From: Asterionella formosa
Lineage: Eukaryota
NCBI GenBank assembly: GCA_002256025.1
Contig: NKIB01015230.1
Coordinates: 1-37,482, forward strand
Direction of reading: 5' to 3'
Length of the DNA: 37,482 nt
In this document: in pieces, positions 1 through 11,269 of the stretch
Layout of the letters: each line of letters opens with the position of its first letter
Numbering within the stretch: position 1 is the stretch's first letter
The notes under the pieces: model-generated
What the model was told of the DNA's origin: nothing
Seen by the model: only the letters and a program-made list of their open reading frames with translations
Databases searched by the model: none
Translations under genes and position numbers: made by a program

Positions 1-127
1 CAGTGGGATTCCCATTTTGCAAAAGGTGTGGGAATTGACGAAATGGCCATGATGAGTAAGTTGTTATTTACTTTTACACCACATTTGAAAGATTGAAGCA
101 CTACCGGTATCAGCTAATTAATGGGCT
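1..127 (+). repeat. Left terminal inverted repeat (127 bp)
   Basis: Bases 1-127 are the exact reverse complement of 37356-37482. The first mismatch is at 128, followed by about 15 bp of imperfect similarity (ctaagaatagtatt vs tttaagagtggtatt). Confidence 0.97.
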
Positions 128-198
128 CTAAGAATAGTATTATATAGGATACGGATGATAGATCAGTACAATCATTTTGTTGCTCTGATATTCTACTA

Positions 199-711
199 TT
201 AAAATAACAACAATTTTGGTTCCGGTGGGTCTTGGCCATCTTGTTGCTCATCGACAACTGGAATTAATACTTGACTATCCGCATTTCCAGCTTCTGTCAA
301 AGATTGCTCCCAATCATCCATCGCTCCCCCTCCTAATTCGGCTTTTGTTTTGGCAGCCATTTTGATCCAATCTTCATCCGTGGACATGGAATTGACCGAT
401 TCTCTGGCTTCGGCAGCTCGTTGACGAGCTGCTGCCAAGTAATCAGATTCAGAGGTGGGATATTTGGACTTTTCAGCTCGTAATGCTTGTTGAATGGTCG
501 CAGAATCCAAAACTAATTTGAGACTTTCTTCCTCGCGTTCGTTGTTATTATCGGAAGAGAAAAGTGAACGGATACGGCGTCCATTACTGTCTTTTTCCCT
601 TGTACTGCTACTGCTTCTTGGAAAGCTTCGAACTGCAACAAACGTGGGTTTCGTGGTTACCAAAGACTGGACACAATTCCAAAGGAGGATTAACGCAATG
701 ACCGTCAACAT
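199..711 (-). CDS. Hypothetical protein (170 aa) with signal peptide and Ser/Arg-rich transit-like peptide; probably plastid-targeted
   Basis: ATG at 711 gives MLTVIALILLWNCVQS/LVTTKPTFVAVRSFPRSSSSTR..., then an acidic helical region ending EPKLLLF. The ORF is uninterrupted. Confidence 0.75.
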   Translation of the reverse strand: MLTVIALILLWNCVQSLVTTKPTFVAVRSFPRSSSSTREKDSNGRRIRSLFSSDNNNEREEESLKLVLDSATIQQALRAEKSKYPTSESDYLAAARQRAAEARESVNSMSTDEDWIKMAAKTKAELGGGAMDDWEQSLTEAGNADSQVLIPVVDEQQDGQDPPEPKLLLF

Positions 712-973
712 GGTGGAGTTGCTGAAGACAATACTACCTTGCCTGCAAGTATTGTACCGGCACATGTGAGGGATGGTGGGGCAAAAACTGGTAGGTGCCC
801 TTGGGTGCTGTGAGAGCGAAGGCAAACAACATACACATTAATTTGTATACACACTGTCGTCGGAGTGCCGGCCCAGGGAGGGTGCGATAAAACACTTTTT
901 ACTTCAGCGAAGATAAAGCTAAATGTCTCGATTACCGAAGCTTCCACAGGCGATTATCATGCGTGTACATCAC

Positions 974-1127
974 GAGAAGGCAAGACTCAGAGGAGGGTAT
1001 GTATTGCTGAAGGCAATCCCCACCCTAGTAGCTATCGTATTGCTTTTCGATAAGAACTGCGGGTGTCTAAGTAGTAATTTTTGGTTTCTTTAAGTAATTT
1101 TTTTTATTTAGGGGCAATAAGGGGCAC
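974..1127 (+). repeat. Imperfect inverted repeat, left arm (pairs with 5261-5410)
   Basis: gctatcgtattgcttttcgataagaactgcgggtgtctaa...tttatttaggggcaata matches the reverse complement of 5261-5410 (gctatcgtctcgcttttcgatgagaactgtgggtgtctaa...tttatttaggggcaata). Confidence 0.85.
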
Positions 1128-1128
1128 A

Positions 1129-1260
1129 ATCGCCCATCATATAAAACATATACTGTAGATTTCATATGTATAATTTTTGGATTACGACTCAATCCTGCAA
1201 TTGCCCATCATATAAAACATATTTTGCATATTTCATATGCTTCATTTTTGACTGCCAAAC
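1129..1260 (+). repeat. Subterminal tandem repeat, about 70 bp x2
   Basis: gcccatcatataaaacatat...atttcatatg...tttttg occurs twice, 70 bp apart, immediately inside the 974-1127 arm. Confidence 0.8.
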
Positions 1261-3652
1261 TACAGTTGAAACACATAGAGATTCCTGATTCCTGATCAGG
1301 TTATGAGTGTCAATATATTTTCGCCTCTAGTGACCTGATTAGGAACATGTACCACAATCCACTAGATGATTGATTCAAGATTACATGGTTAAATATCGCG
1401 TGTAAAATGCCACAGTTGAGAGAGGAACTTTCAGGAGAAGTTCTCTCTAACCTGTTAATTGGACTCTAGAAGACGATCAGACCTAGAAGCCAAATCAATA
1501 AATGATTGACTAGACAATTACAGATATGTCCGTAACATCAAGGAACATTAAAGAAGCAAACTAGATATGATCTAGTTATGATTAACAGGATCATTCTGTA
1601 AGCAGTCTTCGATCAAACAGCATCTGGCCTAAGTTGAGACAGGCCAAGATTAAGACAAATGTGTATTTAGGAAGAGGATGTAGTTTATTCTCAGTTCAAG
1701 TTGGGAATGCAAATGAACCTCGCCTCCGAAGATCACCTCTATTTTGAAACATGCATGAGCTTGGAAGTTTCAAAATCATACATTCAAATTTACATTTACA
1801 TTAAGCTCACTCTTTTATAAAAACAATTATTAGCAAACAAAGTAAAACAAACAAATTGTGTAGAAACATTTTTCTAGCAATTTTTACTGCGTGAGAGCTA
1901 CAGATACGTAGCATCTACCAACTACTACCTTCAATATTTTCAATAGCCTCTAGATTTTATTGCCGAAATCGACTGCCGTTTATTTAGGGGAATTCGATTA
2001 CTGATATCTATAGCCCCTCAATTGACTGCTGCTTACTTAAGGAAAATCGACTGCCGAAATCGGACGAGAGTAGGAGGAGCTACATGAAGGCACAAAATGA
2101 TGGTTTTTCTTTAAAGTGTCAATGGCAATTCCACTATTTACATCCCTGCTATCTTCCAGCATGCTCCGATGTATACAGAATCTGGTCATTGATGTCTCAA
2201 GTACTGATTCTTCATCAAATGGATCTGGCTGGTTGTTGGATAATTCACCTTCCCATAGGATTCATATTGTTGCATTGTGCTTCCTTCATCACAGTGGCAC
2301 CAAAATTTCGGTGCCCCTTTCTGTTGATTTCCGATAGCCTTTCCGGCCAAATACTTCTCTAGATTTGATATGTAGTGATAAATAAATTAATGATTGTTCA
2401 AAAGTGACCTCAATGAGTCGTTTGGTATCAAAATTCGAAACGTTATGGTAGGTCAAAGTTAGGCTTCCATCTTGTCATTGAACCGGTATTTTTGTCAGAT
2501 ATGATCAGCCGTTAAAGTTTAACTATATTTTTGTAGTATGTTTTCTACGTGTTCTACACTATCTAAAATCAGATCTTGGCAGCAAGTTTTAGTGCTCATG
2601 TGTTGACTTTTTTCCGCTGCTCTACAATAGTATTGTTTCATTGCTTTCTAGTCACAATATTACTTTTGTTACTTCTGCATAATCTTCTACAATGACAACC
2701 AAAAGTCGTCAATCTCAATGAGCTATTGCAAACTCCGCAAAGCAGCCGGAACATGATGGAACCGGTGTTCTGCATTAACTCGTATTCAACAAGGAAGAGA
2801 GGACAGGTATGTGCTTGTTGATTGTTGTTGTCATATTTGAGTTCCTGCCATGGTCAAGTATACTGATTATGAAACGTATTTCTTCCTCTTCAGAACGTTG
2901 ATAAAGGCTATTGTCATGTTTCTCCTCCACTTCCTGATGATGCAACAAATCAGTATCCACTGGTCAAACCAGCTTGTCCAATGAGGTGAAATATGTTGGC
3001 AGTTGATTGTTGTTTTCACGAGGTATAATAAACACACATTACCATTATTCTTTTCCTGTTTTCCAACACTAGCAAGCCACTTTTATCGAAACTCGCACAA
3101 AGATTGCAAAGTCTCCAGGTCGCAAGCAATGTGGGCAACATATCTCGCCAGTACCAACAACATATAACTCCATTGCTCCCTATCAACCTAATCAAAACTG
3201 TCCTCCTCAATTTTAAAATTCACAAATGTCCACATCAGCCAGTAAATTTTCGACGCACCCTGCTCCTCCTCCTGCCGGATAGTACCAGAATTCTGCACTG
3301 CCAGCACCAAGAAACCTCCGCTATCAAGCTGTTGCTCCTCCAACACCTCTGCAACCACAAGTCCAAATCAATACAGAAACCAGCACTGCCTCTAAATCCA
3401 TTCAGGCATCGGTTTCTGCTCTTCCAGGCCCAATCTGAAAATTTCTGAAATTTTTGTCGTTGCAACAACAAAAAAATTGTAAGTTGACGATTATTAATGA
3501 AAGTGCGTTGACAAATTTTCACACAATTTTTCCGCTGACCCATTTTCTTTTTCACTTTTTATTCTAATCCCTTCTTGTCATTTTCACATGTGACCTTTCG
3601 ATTTCCGTTTCACACTCTGGATGCTTAACAACATCGTGTCGAATTTTCGATG

Positions 3653-3726
3653 CATACCATAGGCCCTGAACCAATGATTTTTTCAAGAATCGGTTATATT
3701 TGATTTAGTTGGAGGTAAGAAAAAAG
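3653..3726 (-). repeat. Second copy of Copia LTR 3' end plus PBS region (direct repeat of 4806-4879)
   Basis: cataccataggccctgaacc...ttcaagaatcggttatatttgatt...ggaggtaaga is present at both 3653 and 4806; 74 bp with few mismatches. Confidence 0.85.
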
Positions 3727-4734
3727 GCTGACTGGGGGTTGGGTTTCTGGCATGTGTGTTTTTGGGGTCCTGTAGTTCACAAGTAGGCTGTAGGCTGATG
3801 TAATGTTGGTCGGGTAATCATCCCTCCCCATTGCGTACTGATTGGAGAGACCAACAATGAGCGTGCCATATCTGGTTGCATCATCACCACGGATTAAAGC
3901 AATTGCAAGGGTTTTTTCATGTGCGATGGCCTTTCGCTCATCAATACTGCATATGGTTCCGTCATCCGCAGCCATCGGGACCAATTCGTGATTTTCGGCA
4001 ACTGTTCCGCCGTGGTACTCAATGGTGTCAGCCCAACCTTTTAGAGTCTCAACATAAGCGTCGGCTATTTGCCTTTGTTGCTGTCGGCAGGCTAGGAAGC
4101 TGGTTCTTGCATCGAGGAGTGATATAAAACCATTGCGCTTCTTGTCAAACTGCAACGTAACGGCCTTGATCTGCTTGAGCAACCAGAAACAATCGTTGTC
4201 TATGGTCTTGGCCTTGTAATCATCAAGCGACTTTACTTTGGCCTTCATGGCCTCACTACACTGCCCCCAAATCACGGCATGGGTTGTGGCTAGGTTGCTT
4301 CTGAGGGTGCGGGTACGCTTCATGTACTCCTTGACTTCCTTGGCCCATATCATTTCGGCCGTTTTGCTTGGGTCCTTCCCTGGGTCCATCAGAATGGAGA
4401 CTGTTGGAGCCTCCATTTGGTCGGCAAATAGTGTGGCGAGGTCTTCCGAGTATTTAAGGGACTTCTTGACATATCCTTCCAAAGCCTCAAGCGTTTTGCT
4501 GTATTGATGACGGTCACTCTGTTCTTCTTAGCACTCAAAAACTTGACCGTTCATGTCATTGGTGGTGCCGTGGAAGTTGGTGCGTGCTGGTCCTGGTCCG
4601 CAGCCTTCGCGGCCTCCACATCCTCCTTGTCGTCCCCTTCCGCGACCTCTGCTGCCTTTGGCTCGCTGCAATCCAGTGGTGCCGCTAGGTGGCGCTGTAA
4701 TGGCATTCTGTGCTGCTTCTCTGGCGCTGATCAT
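3727..4734 (-). pseudogene. gag: Ty1/Copia (diatom CoDi-like) gag, interrupted and 3'-truncated
   Basis: Gly/Arg-rich N-terminus (RGRGRGRQGG) and motifs IWGQCSEAMKAKVKS, TIEYHGG, RYGTLIVGLSNQYAMGRDDYPTNITSAYSLLVNY. It lies downstream of an LTR and PBS-like site and is split across ORFs 4528-4734 and 3694-4482. Confidence 0.75.
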
Positions 4735-4831
4735 TCTGCTCCTTTATTTGAGTTTTATTTTTATTTTTTATCTCGAAACAATGTTGCAAAATCTATTTTC
4801 CCCGACATACCATAGGCCCTGAACCTATCAT

Positions 4832-5092
4832 TGTTTCAAGAATCGGTTATATTTGATTGAGATGGAGGTAAGAAGAAAGTCGGATCAAACTTTGTTCTTA
4901 CTAACTGGATTGTTTTGAGATAATGATCTCGAAACAGAATTATCTACTTCTGTGTGGTTGGTGGAGCCACCTCTACGCACCACCTCAGACCAAGTAAGTG
5001 GTAATGTCGAATCTTCTCTCCTCGTCATTAGTGTGCAAGTGTCGGTACCCGGAGTTCCTGTCTCACAGTCATCAGGTCGCCATTTTTCAACA
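4832..5092 (-). mobile_element. LTR (about 261 bp) of the Copia remnant
   Basis: On the minus strand it begins TGTTGAAAA (5092) and ends TTGAAACA (4832). It is followed by a PBS-like ggttcagggcctatggt and then gag. Confidence 0.65.
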
Positions 5093-5260
5093 TACAATCA
5101 TTCTTCTGTGACTATTTTTCATGTATATACCGGTACCGGTATATTCGGTGGTCCATGCATTTTTGGTGTGTCCAAACTTTTCCCCATGAAAATTCTACTC
5201 TTACTGTTGCTCGATCGTTCCTGCTGCTCAAACCTAAAATTGACTGCCGAAAAATCCACT

Positions 5261-5410
5261 GTGACCCATATTGCCCCTAAATAAAAAGAATAGTTAGAGA
5301 AACCAAAAATTATTTAGACACCCACAGTTCTCATCGAAAAGCGAGACGATAGCAAGGGTGTGGATTACCTAGGTACAGCAATTCCCGCTCCAGCTGCCGT
5401 CTTGCCACTC
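5261..5410 (-). repeat. Imperfect inverted repeat, right arm (pairs with 974-1127)
   Basis: Reverse complement aligns to 974-1127 along its length. Confidence 0.85.
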
Positions 5411-5471
5411 GGGTACTTCTAAGTAACTTTAGGCTAGAAAGTAATTTTTATTTAGGGGCAATATAGGGCAC
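5411..5471 (+). repeat. Third copy of the same end motif, back-to-back with 5261-5410
   Basis: gggtacttctaagtaa...ttttatttaggggcaatatagggcac resembles 1060-1127 and is inverted relative to 5261-5286. Confidence 0.75.
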
Positions 5472-5887
5472 ATTTAATTTTTCGTCATAACAATTGCAGA
5501 TTTTAGTATGACAGCCAGAATAAGGTTCCTGCAATTCAACCGTAAGGCAAAAATTAAAATATTTTTGCTTAGGATCGCCGAAATTCCCTGGAACTAAGAA
5601 TTTTTATGAGTTATTTTTGAATGACATGATTCCATTTGAAATATACAAATCAGTGGAAATTTGCGCGTACATGCATAGATTCCTTTTCGAATTTGCTAAA
5701 TGTACCTATAAACATTCTACATTGCTCGATGTATATATAGTAACCTATACCGGTAAATACGATTAACATATATGTGGCATACAAGCTGGCAGCATCATGG
5801 CAAATATTGTTGATGACTACCGGTAAGAAACAAAAAAACGCAACAATCCACCATGCTGAGCGAAATTACACATCACAATGATAATGA

Positions 5888-5982
5888 CAATGGCAATGAC
5901 GAATTTCACTACTGTCATGACAGTTGTCCTACCTGTCAAGACCGGTTGATTGTAGAGTCAGCTGTGCGTGGAGGGATATGAG
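5888..5982 (+). repeat. Dispersed repeat encoding HDSCPTCQDRLI.ES (copy 1; copy 2 at 36019-36110)
   Basis: gtcatgacagttgtcctacctgtcaagaccggttgattgtagagtc vs gtcatgatagctgtcctacatgccaagaccggttgattttagagtc. Confidence 0.8.
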
Positions 5983-5999
5983 TATGTGAAGTCTTTTTC

Positions 6000-7060
6000 A
6001 AGGTCAGTGTTCCTCTCAGGACCTAACATTTCTTCCATTGAGAAAATTGTTGGCAAACATACACCAGGGATTTCTTGGCCAGACATCTTGGATAATGCAG
6101 TCAATCCTGATCGATACGATAGTCTTGGTATATTACAATCACTTGTCTCTCCAGGTGGAAATTAATGTATCTAGCATTTTTTCCAAATTGAAGTTTGGCA
6201 TAACACATTTCATGTAATAGAACATCTAGGTGGTGGTAACTTTTGCCAGTCAAGGTACATTTGACAATTGCTTTGTATGTCAGTACTTGTTATGGTGACA
6301 TTTCGTTTTCTGGCCCGTTTCCTCGAACTTGCTTGGTCAGGATCAGTCAGGTCTACCTGGAGGTAAACCCGTTTCGTTCGCCTCAGAGTACCTGTTTGGT
6401 ACTTCTGGACAACTCCAATTCTTTAAAAAGGATTCCAAATTTTAGGAATGGTTTGATAATTATATAATGACTCCAAAATGTAGTTCAATAGGCCAAGTAA
6501 CAGTTGAAGGAGCACCTCGAACAGTGTGAAACCAAATACTCCTTCTGGATCACCGCCAAAGTAATGCGTCTCTCTACAAAAAAATATCACACTTCCATGA
6601 TGCATTATAGGATTGTAATCATCTGATCAAATTGTTTCGTTATATCATCTAATAATTTTGATAAATGCCCTTGTTATTTAAACAGTAAACTGTTTGACTA
6701 CATTTATTTAATTATTATATGTATTGTTTCTATTAGTTCCTGTATTTGAATTTCTTGGTAAGATAATGTACCAGCTAAAGAAATGTAATTTGGCTCATCA
6801 TTTCCATCCGCCATCACTCCGATTTTTGCAACAACAACGAAGTTCTAGCGATGATTGTTGGTCATGTGATCATTATATCTTTGAGTAATCGTCATGTGCA
6901 GTGAAACTTTGTTCATAATCATTCAATTAAGAGTTTAAAGAGAAGAAATCATTCGAACTCATAATGGTTCCGCACACAGCGCACATTGTGAATCCGTTTC
7001 ATCGACCACCAGCATTACAATCTCGCCAATCAACCTGTAAACAAACACATTCTACTTGTT
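6000..7060 (-). pseudogene. Plavaka-like transposase remnant, paralogous to about 12400-13300
   Basis: YFGGDPEGVFGFTLFEVLLQLLLG and RQSDCNIPRLSYRSGLTALSKMSGQEIPGVCLPTIFSME match FFGSDSKGLFGATPFEV and RQSDHDIPKLSYRSGMTALSKMSEQEIPGLCLLTIFSMD of the longer copy. Many stops and frameshifts. Confidence 0.7.
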
Positions 7061-7204
7061 CTCTTTGACATTTTCAATTCTCACATGATACGACACTACA
7101 TCTACTATTGAGATTCAACATACAAGGAGATACGAAAATGTAACAGACTACTGTCCACATAGCTATAGTTATAGAATGATTCTGATTACAATTTCTTTTT
7201 CATG

Positions 7205-7685
7205 TCGCTCGTTTCTGCATTTGGCATGCTGTACTTGCATTGACTATTGAACTTGTCCGCATCTTTGATACCATCAAGAGAGCGAAAGCAAGTGGCTCTC
7301 TTCATTGTTGTTTGCTTGTAGTAAAATTTTGATATCCATATTGTCATTTACTTGTTGGAACTGTCCATTGCCTCAAACCTGCTTGGCGTGTGCGTCCACA
7401 CACTGCCAGCTTGTCTTCATTGGAATGTTGTTCTTGTATTCACTGTTGAACTTGTCCGCATCTTTGTTACCATCAATAGAGCGACAAGTGGGTCCCTTCA
7501 TTGTTGTTTGCTCCTGGAAAAGTCGGTGTCCGTGTCATCCTCATCAATAGAGAGACAAGTATCCTTCATCATTGCGGTTTGCTGCTGGAAAAAGGTACCT
7601 GTATCGTAATTCGCTCGTTGGAACCACTGTCCGTTGCCTCAAACCTGATTAGCGTTTGTGTATGTGCACTGTCGACTTGTTTACA
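7205..7685. repeat. Degenerate tandem repeat, about 200-260 bp units
   Basis: ttgaacttgtccgcatctttg.taccatcaa.agagcga occurs at about 7247 and 7446. actgtcc.ttgcctcaaacctg occurs at about 7360 and 7626. catcaatagag recurs at about 7542. Confidence 0.75.
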
Positions 7686-8559
7686 TTACAGGAGTGACTT
7701 AGCTACTAAAGGCGTGTTATAATATCATACTCCGTAGTACGATGCAGAGTACTACAGTTCCCAAGCATCTCATCATGATTGATAAGATGATAATGTGATA
7801 TCACGATAGGTTTACTTCGATGCATACATCACCAAAGTATGATATGTAATATTGAATAAAGCATATCATATAGCTATGATTCATTGATCATAAAACAGTG
7901 AAGATTTCTTAAAATGTTATGATACAATTTTGATCAAAATATGATCAGGTTAAAATAATACAATGACAATAAAATATGATAAAATATGTACGCAAGTGTT
8001 ATCGATACATCACAGAAAATAAATAAATAAATAAATCATAATTATGTTACTTAATATATAAATTCGCATTTTAATGTATACAGTGAAAGCCAAGAGATAA
8101 TATGATAGTATTATACGGTGGATAGGATCTAAGTACACGGATGCGTTGATATGTAGCTACATCACTATAATATGATTTGTGATATGGATTGATGCATATC
8201 ACATACTGGTATCCTCAACAACCAGCCATCACGTTCATTGTCGTGTCAATTTTCCTTGTTATAGCTATATTTATGCCGGCATGTGTATTCTGTAAACACT
8301 ACGCTGGAAGAACATGCATATTACACTGCTGTGCTCTGTTCAACAGTTACTACACTTGGTTACCATCACACCAGTTGCACCTCCACAAGCGCCGCAAAAG
8401 GCTCAGCGTTTCCCTTCCACTGTTTTACATCATAGTCTTCTGGCCCTTTGACAACCAGCTTTCCAAATGGCATTTCATGGATTTCATGCAAAGGATCAGT
8501 CAAACAAGAAACGTGACTTACTTCCGTTGTTTAAACTACACGACTTTATGTTTTCGGAA

Positions 8560-10795
8560 AAGAAGATGAAGAACAACTTATGAAGTCAATCGAAGATTTG
8601 CTCCTTTGAATACACTCAAATAACAAATGAATTTGAACAGATTCATAATACTCCAGAAAAAAGAATGAAGCAAGTATGCCGATACAATAGTGGCAGAGAT
8701 TGAAAAGAAGGAAAGATTGATTTCGAAGAGCCAAGGAAACCCAAACAGTTGTTCTTTGCGGATGAAGACTCTATTCCTGAAGAGTCACAGTTCCATCCAG
8801 TGTCGTATTTTGCTCCTCATTCTCCTGAAATCGTTGATAATGAAGAAGAACTTAGTGATTCTCATTCATTTGATCAACAAATTCATACGATGAATGAAAA
8901 TACCGGCGGAAATGTGGGAGACATTAGATCACTTCTGAAGTAGAAATGGTTGAAAAGTTGCAAACCCAAGAAATTTGTCTCACTGTTCGTCCAGAACGCA
9001 CATCAAGATGAACATCATGAAAGCAGAGAAACTATTGCATTTCTAATAGAAAATATCATATTCAAGAAAAAGTCCGAGTTAGATCAAGACCTCGAATTCA
9101 AGAAGATCAAAACAGACAGAGATGTGATGCTGGCTAAGGCAGTCGATGCACTGAGTCGGGAACGAAGCAAGTTTGAAGCACAAAATTGAATCTATTTCCA
9201 AATCATACATGAAAGAAAAATACTTTCTCTGTAAAATCATCAAGAACAATCCCGAAGGCAGCTAGCTACTACTTTTGTGAAGAGTCAGCATGTGAAATGT
9301 GTAGAGTTATTATGCCAAAGCAAACTTCTTTTTCCTTGAGTTTGCCGAAAATGCAGCATGGACAACTAAAATTGTGAAAAGAGTTGTACACACGTACCCC
9401 ACAAGAAACATGCAATTACGCCTCTGTATTTTATGGAGTCAAAGGTAGCAAAAAATCATCTTTACATTTTAAAGAAATTGCATATTGGTACCTTGAAACG
9501 ATTAGTACCTCTATGATTCATTATATAAATCATGAACTTCATCCAACTGATGTTAAGGTTGTATTTAATCTGGATGAGAACCCAGAAAAGGTTAATGACA
9601 AACCGTATATATACCAAGGTGATTGTCATCCACTTCATCATGACAGTAACTATTTGCTAATTGTTTATTGCAAAAGATCACATGAGGAAGAAAACAACCA
9701 TATTGATCATCTTTTTGCTATAAAAATCATCGTCAGACTTTAAAGATCTTGCATGTTGGGACCTTGAAACAATTACCTCTATGATCCATTATATAATTCA
9801 TGAACTTCATCCAACTGATGTAAAGGTTATATTTGATCTGGATGAGAAGCAACCCAAAAAAGGGTAATGACAAACCATATGTATACCAATGTGATTGTCA
9901 TCCTCTTCATCATGAAAGTATCTATGTGCTAATTGTTTATTGCAAAAGATCACATGAGGAGGAAAACAACCATTTTTGCATCATCTTTTTGCTAAAAAAG
10001 ATGGATTATGTCAAGTCAGTGATCCAGGAAAAGATGCAAGTTTGGATGAACATTATGATCAAGTATTTCACCTTGCCCATAAGTACTGCATCATCCCTGG
10101 ATGCACGAAACAATTGGAATTGTTATGCACCGATACAGGATATCTTCCACAAGAATACCATACACCTGAAGAAATTGGCTTATCGGAATCTTTCGCTCTA
10201 TACTGGCACCAAAGCACCATTGCAGATCATAATGGCCACTGAACATGATTCCATGTCATTTCAACCAGAAGATGATAGTGGATGGTCATGTGGACCATTT
10301 ACAATTGTGAAAGTATTGGAAACTCTATTGCAACTAGAAAGGAATGTCAAAACCAAATTTCTTGGCGACCGGGCTCAATTCCGTTTGGAGACGGAGTCCT
10401 GGAAAGTTTTAAAACGTCAGGTGGTAGCAGCATATCGAACAGACGATTTGTTATCTGTTACATCCGACCCACTAACCAAGTCAACATACTTTCATCTTGG
10501 AACAGTTTGGCATCAAGTGACAACGACAAATATTCGTGAGGATATGTTTCAGTTGGAAATAACTGTTCTTCAATTTTTTTTTAAAAAGTTGAACGAAGTA
10601 TTTGGACGACTTCCTTGCGATTCATCTTTCAAGAAGGATGATGTTGTCAACGTGAAATCCATGATCCAACAAATGAATGAAAAAGTTGCTCCCTTCAGAT
10701 GGTATAATCATGCACCTCTTGGCCAAATTTCTGGATGCATCAAAATTGACAAAAAGTTGAAAAAATATTTTGTAACTGATGATAGCCCTTCTTGA
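8560..10795 (+). pseudogene. Decayed long ORF with a ULP1/C48-like cysteine protease motif; probable transposon accessory gene
   Basis: A chain of same-strand ORF fragments (charged N-terminal part, then 9384-9743 and 9833-10795). It contains NHFCIIF and FQPEDDSGWSCGPF, resembling the His and Q-x-D/N-x(2-4)-CG-x-F catalytic motifs. It is convergent with the Plavaka-like transposase. Confidence 0.45.
9451..9998 (+). repeat. Tandem duplication, about 271 bp x2
   Basis: catgaacttcatccaactgatgt...gattgtcatcc.cttcatcatga...gctaattgtttattgcaaaagatcacatgagga occurs twice, giving LLIVYCKRSHEEENNH and VLIVYCKRSHEEENNH. Confidence 0.92.
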
Positions 10796-11269
10796 ATCAA
10801 ATTGAAAAAGTTTACAGACTCGCTCATATCGAACTGCAGTTGAAAAGTGGAGAAGAAAATTTTCGGAAGAAACGAGAAGGACCGTCTAAGGTTCTTCGAG
10901 AGTGAAAAAGAACAAATAATGGACCATTGGGATCATCCAATCTCATCATTTGTTAGGAAATTTTAGTTTGTGAAAACATCCTAATAACTTAACTAGTATG
11001 TGAGACTAAATTATCATTATCATGTTATATTATTCTTGTGTATTTATTAATGTTCGCTTGCTAGGTTTTGGTCCCACCCGATTGATTTCCATAAATGACA
11101 CGTGTAGGCGAGGCAACATAAAAATTATCGTTCTGTATCTGTTCCAAAACTTCTTGCGTTTTCAGAGATTTCCTTGATTCCTGTGGTTTCAAAGCAGTAA
11201 CAACAAATGCTGCCGAAAGTATGTTATGAAATTCAACAACGCTCAATTCAGCTGTATCATTGCATTAGG

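Noticed and set aside
712..825. N-terminal extensions in the ORF track from GTG/TTG starts (also 29266-29376 and 35032-35145)
   Set aside because: The sequence is eukaryotic, and downstream ATGs directly precede clear signal peptides.
1265..1790. Possible retroelement-derived fragment
   Set aside because: Stop-riddled, with no diagnostic motif.
7205..9998. CRISPR-like array
   Set aside because: The repeats are long degenerate duplications without constant repeat and unique spacer structure, and there are no cas genes.
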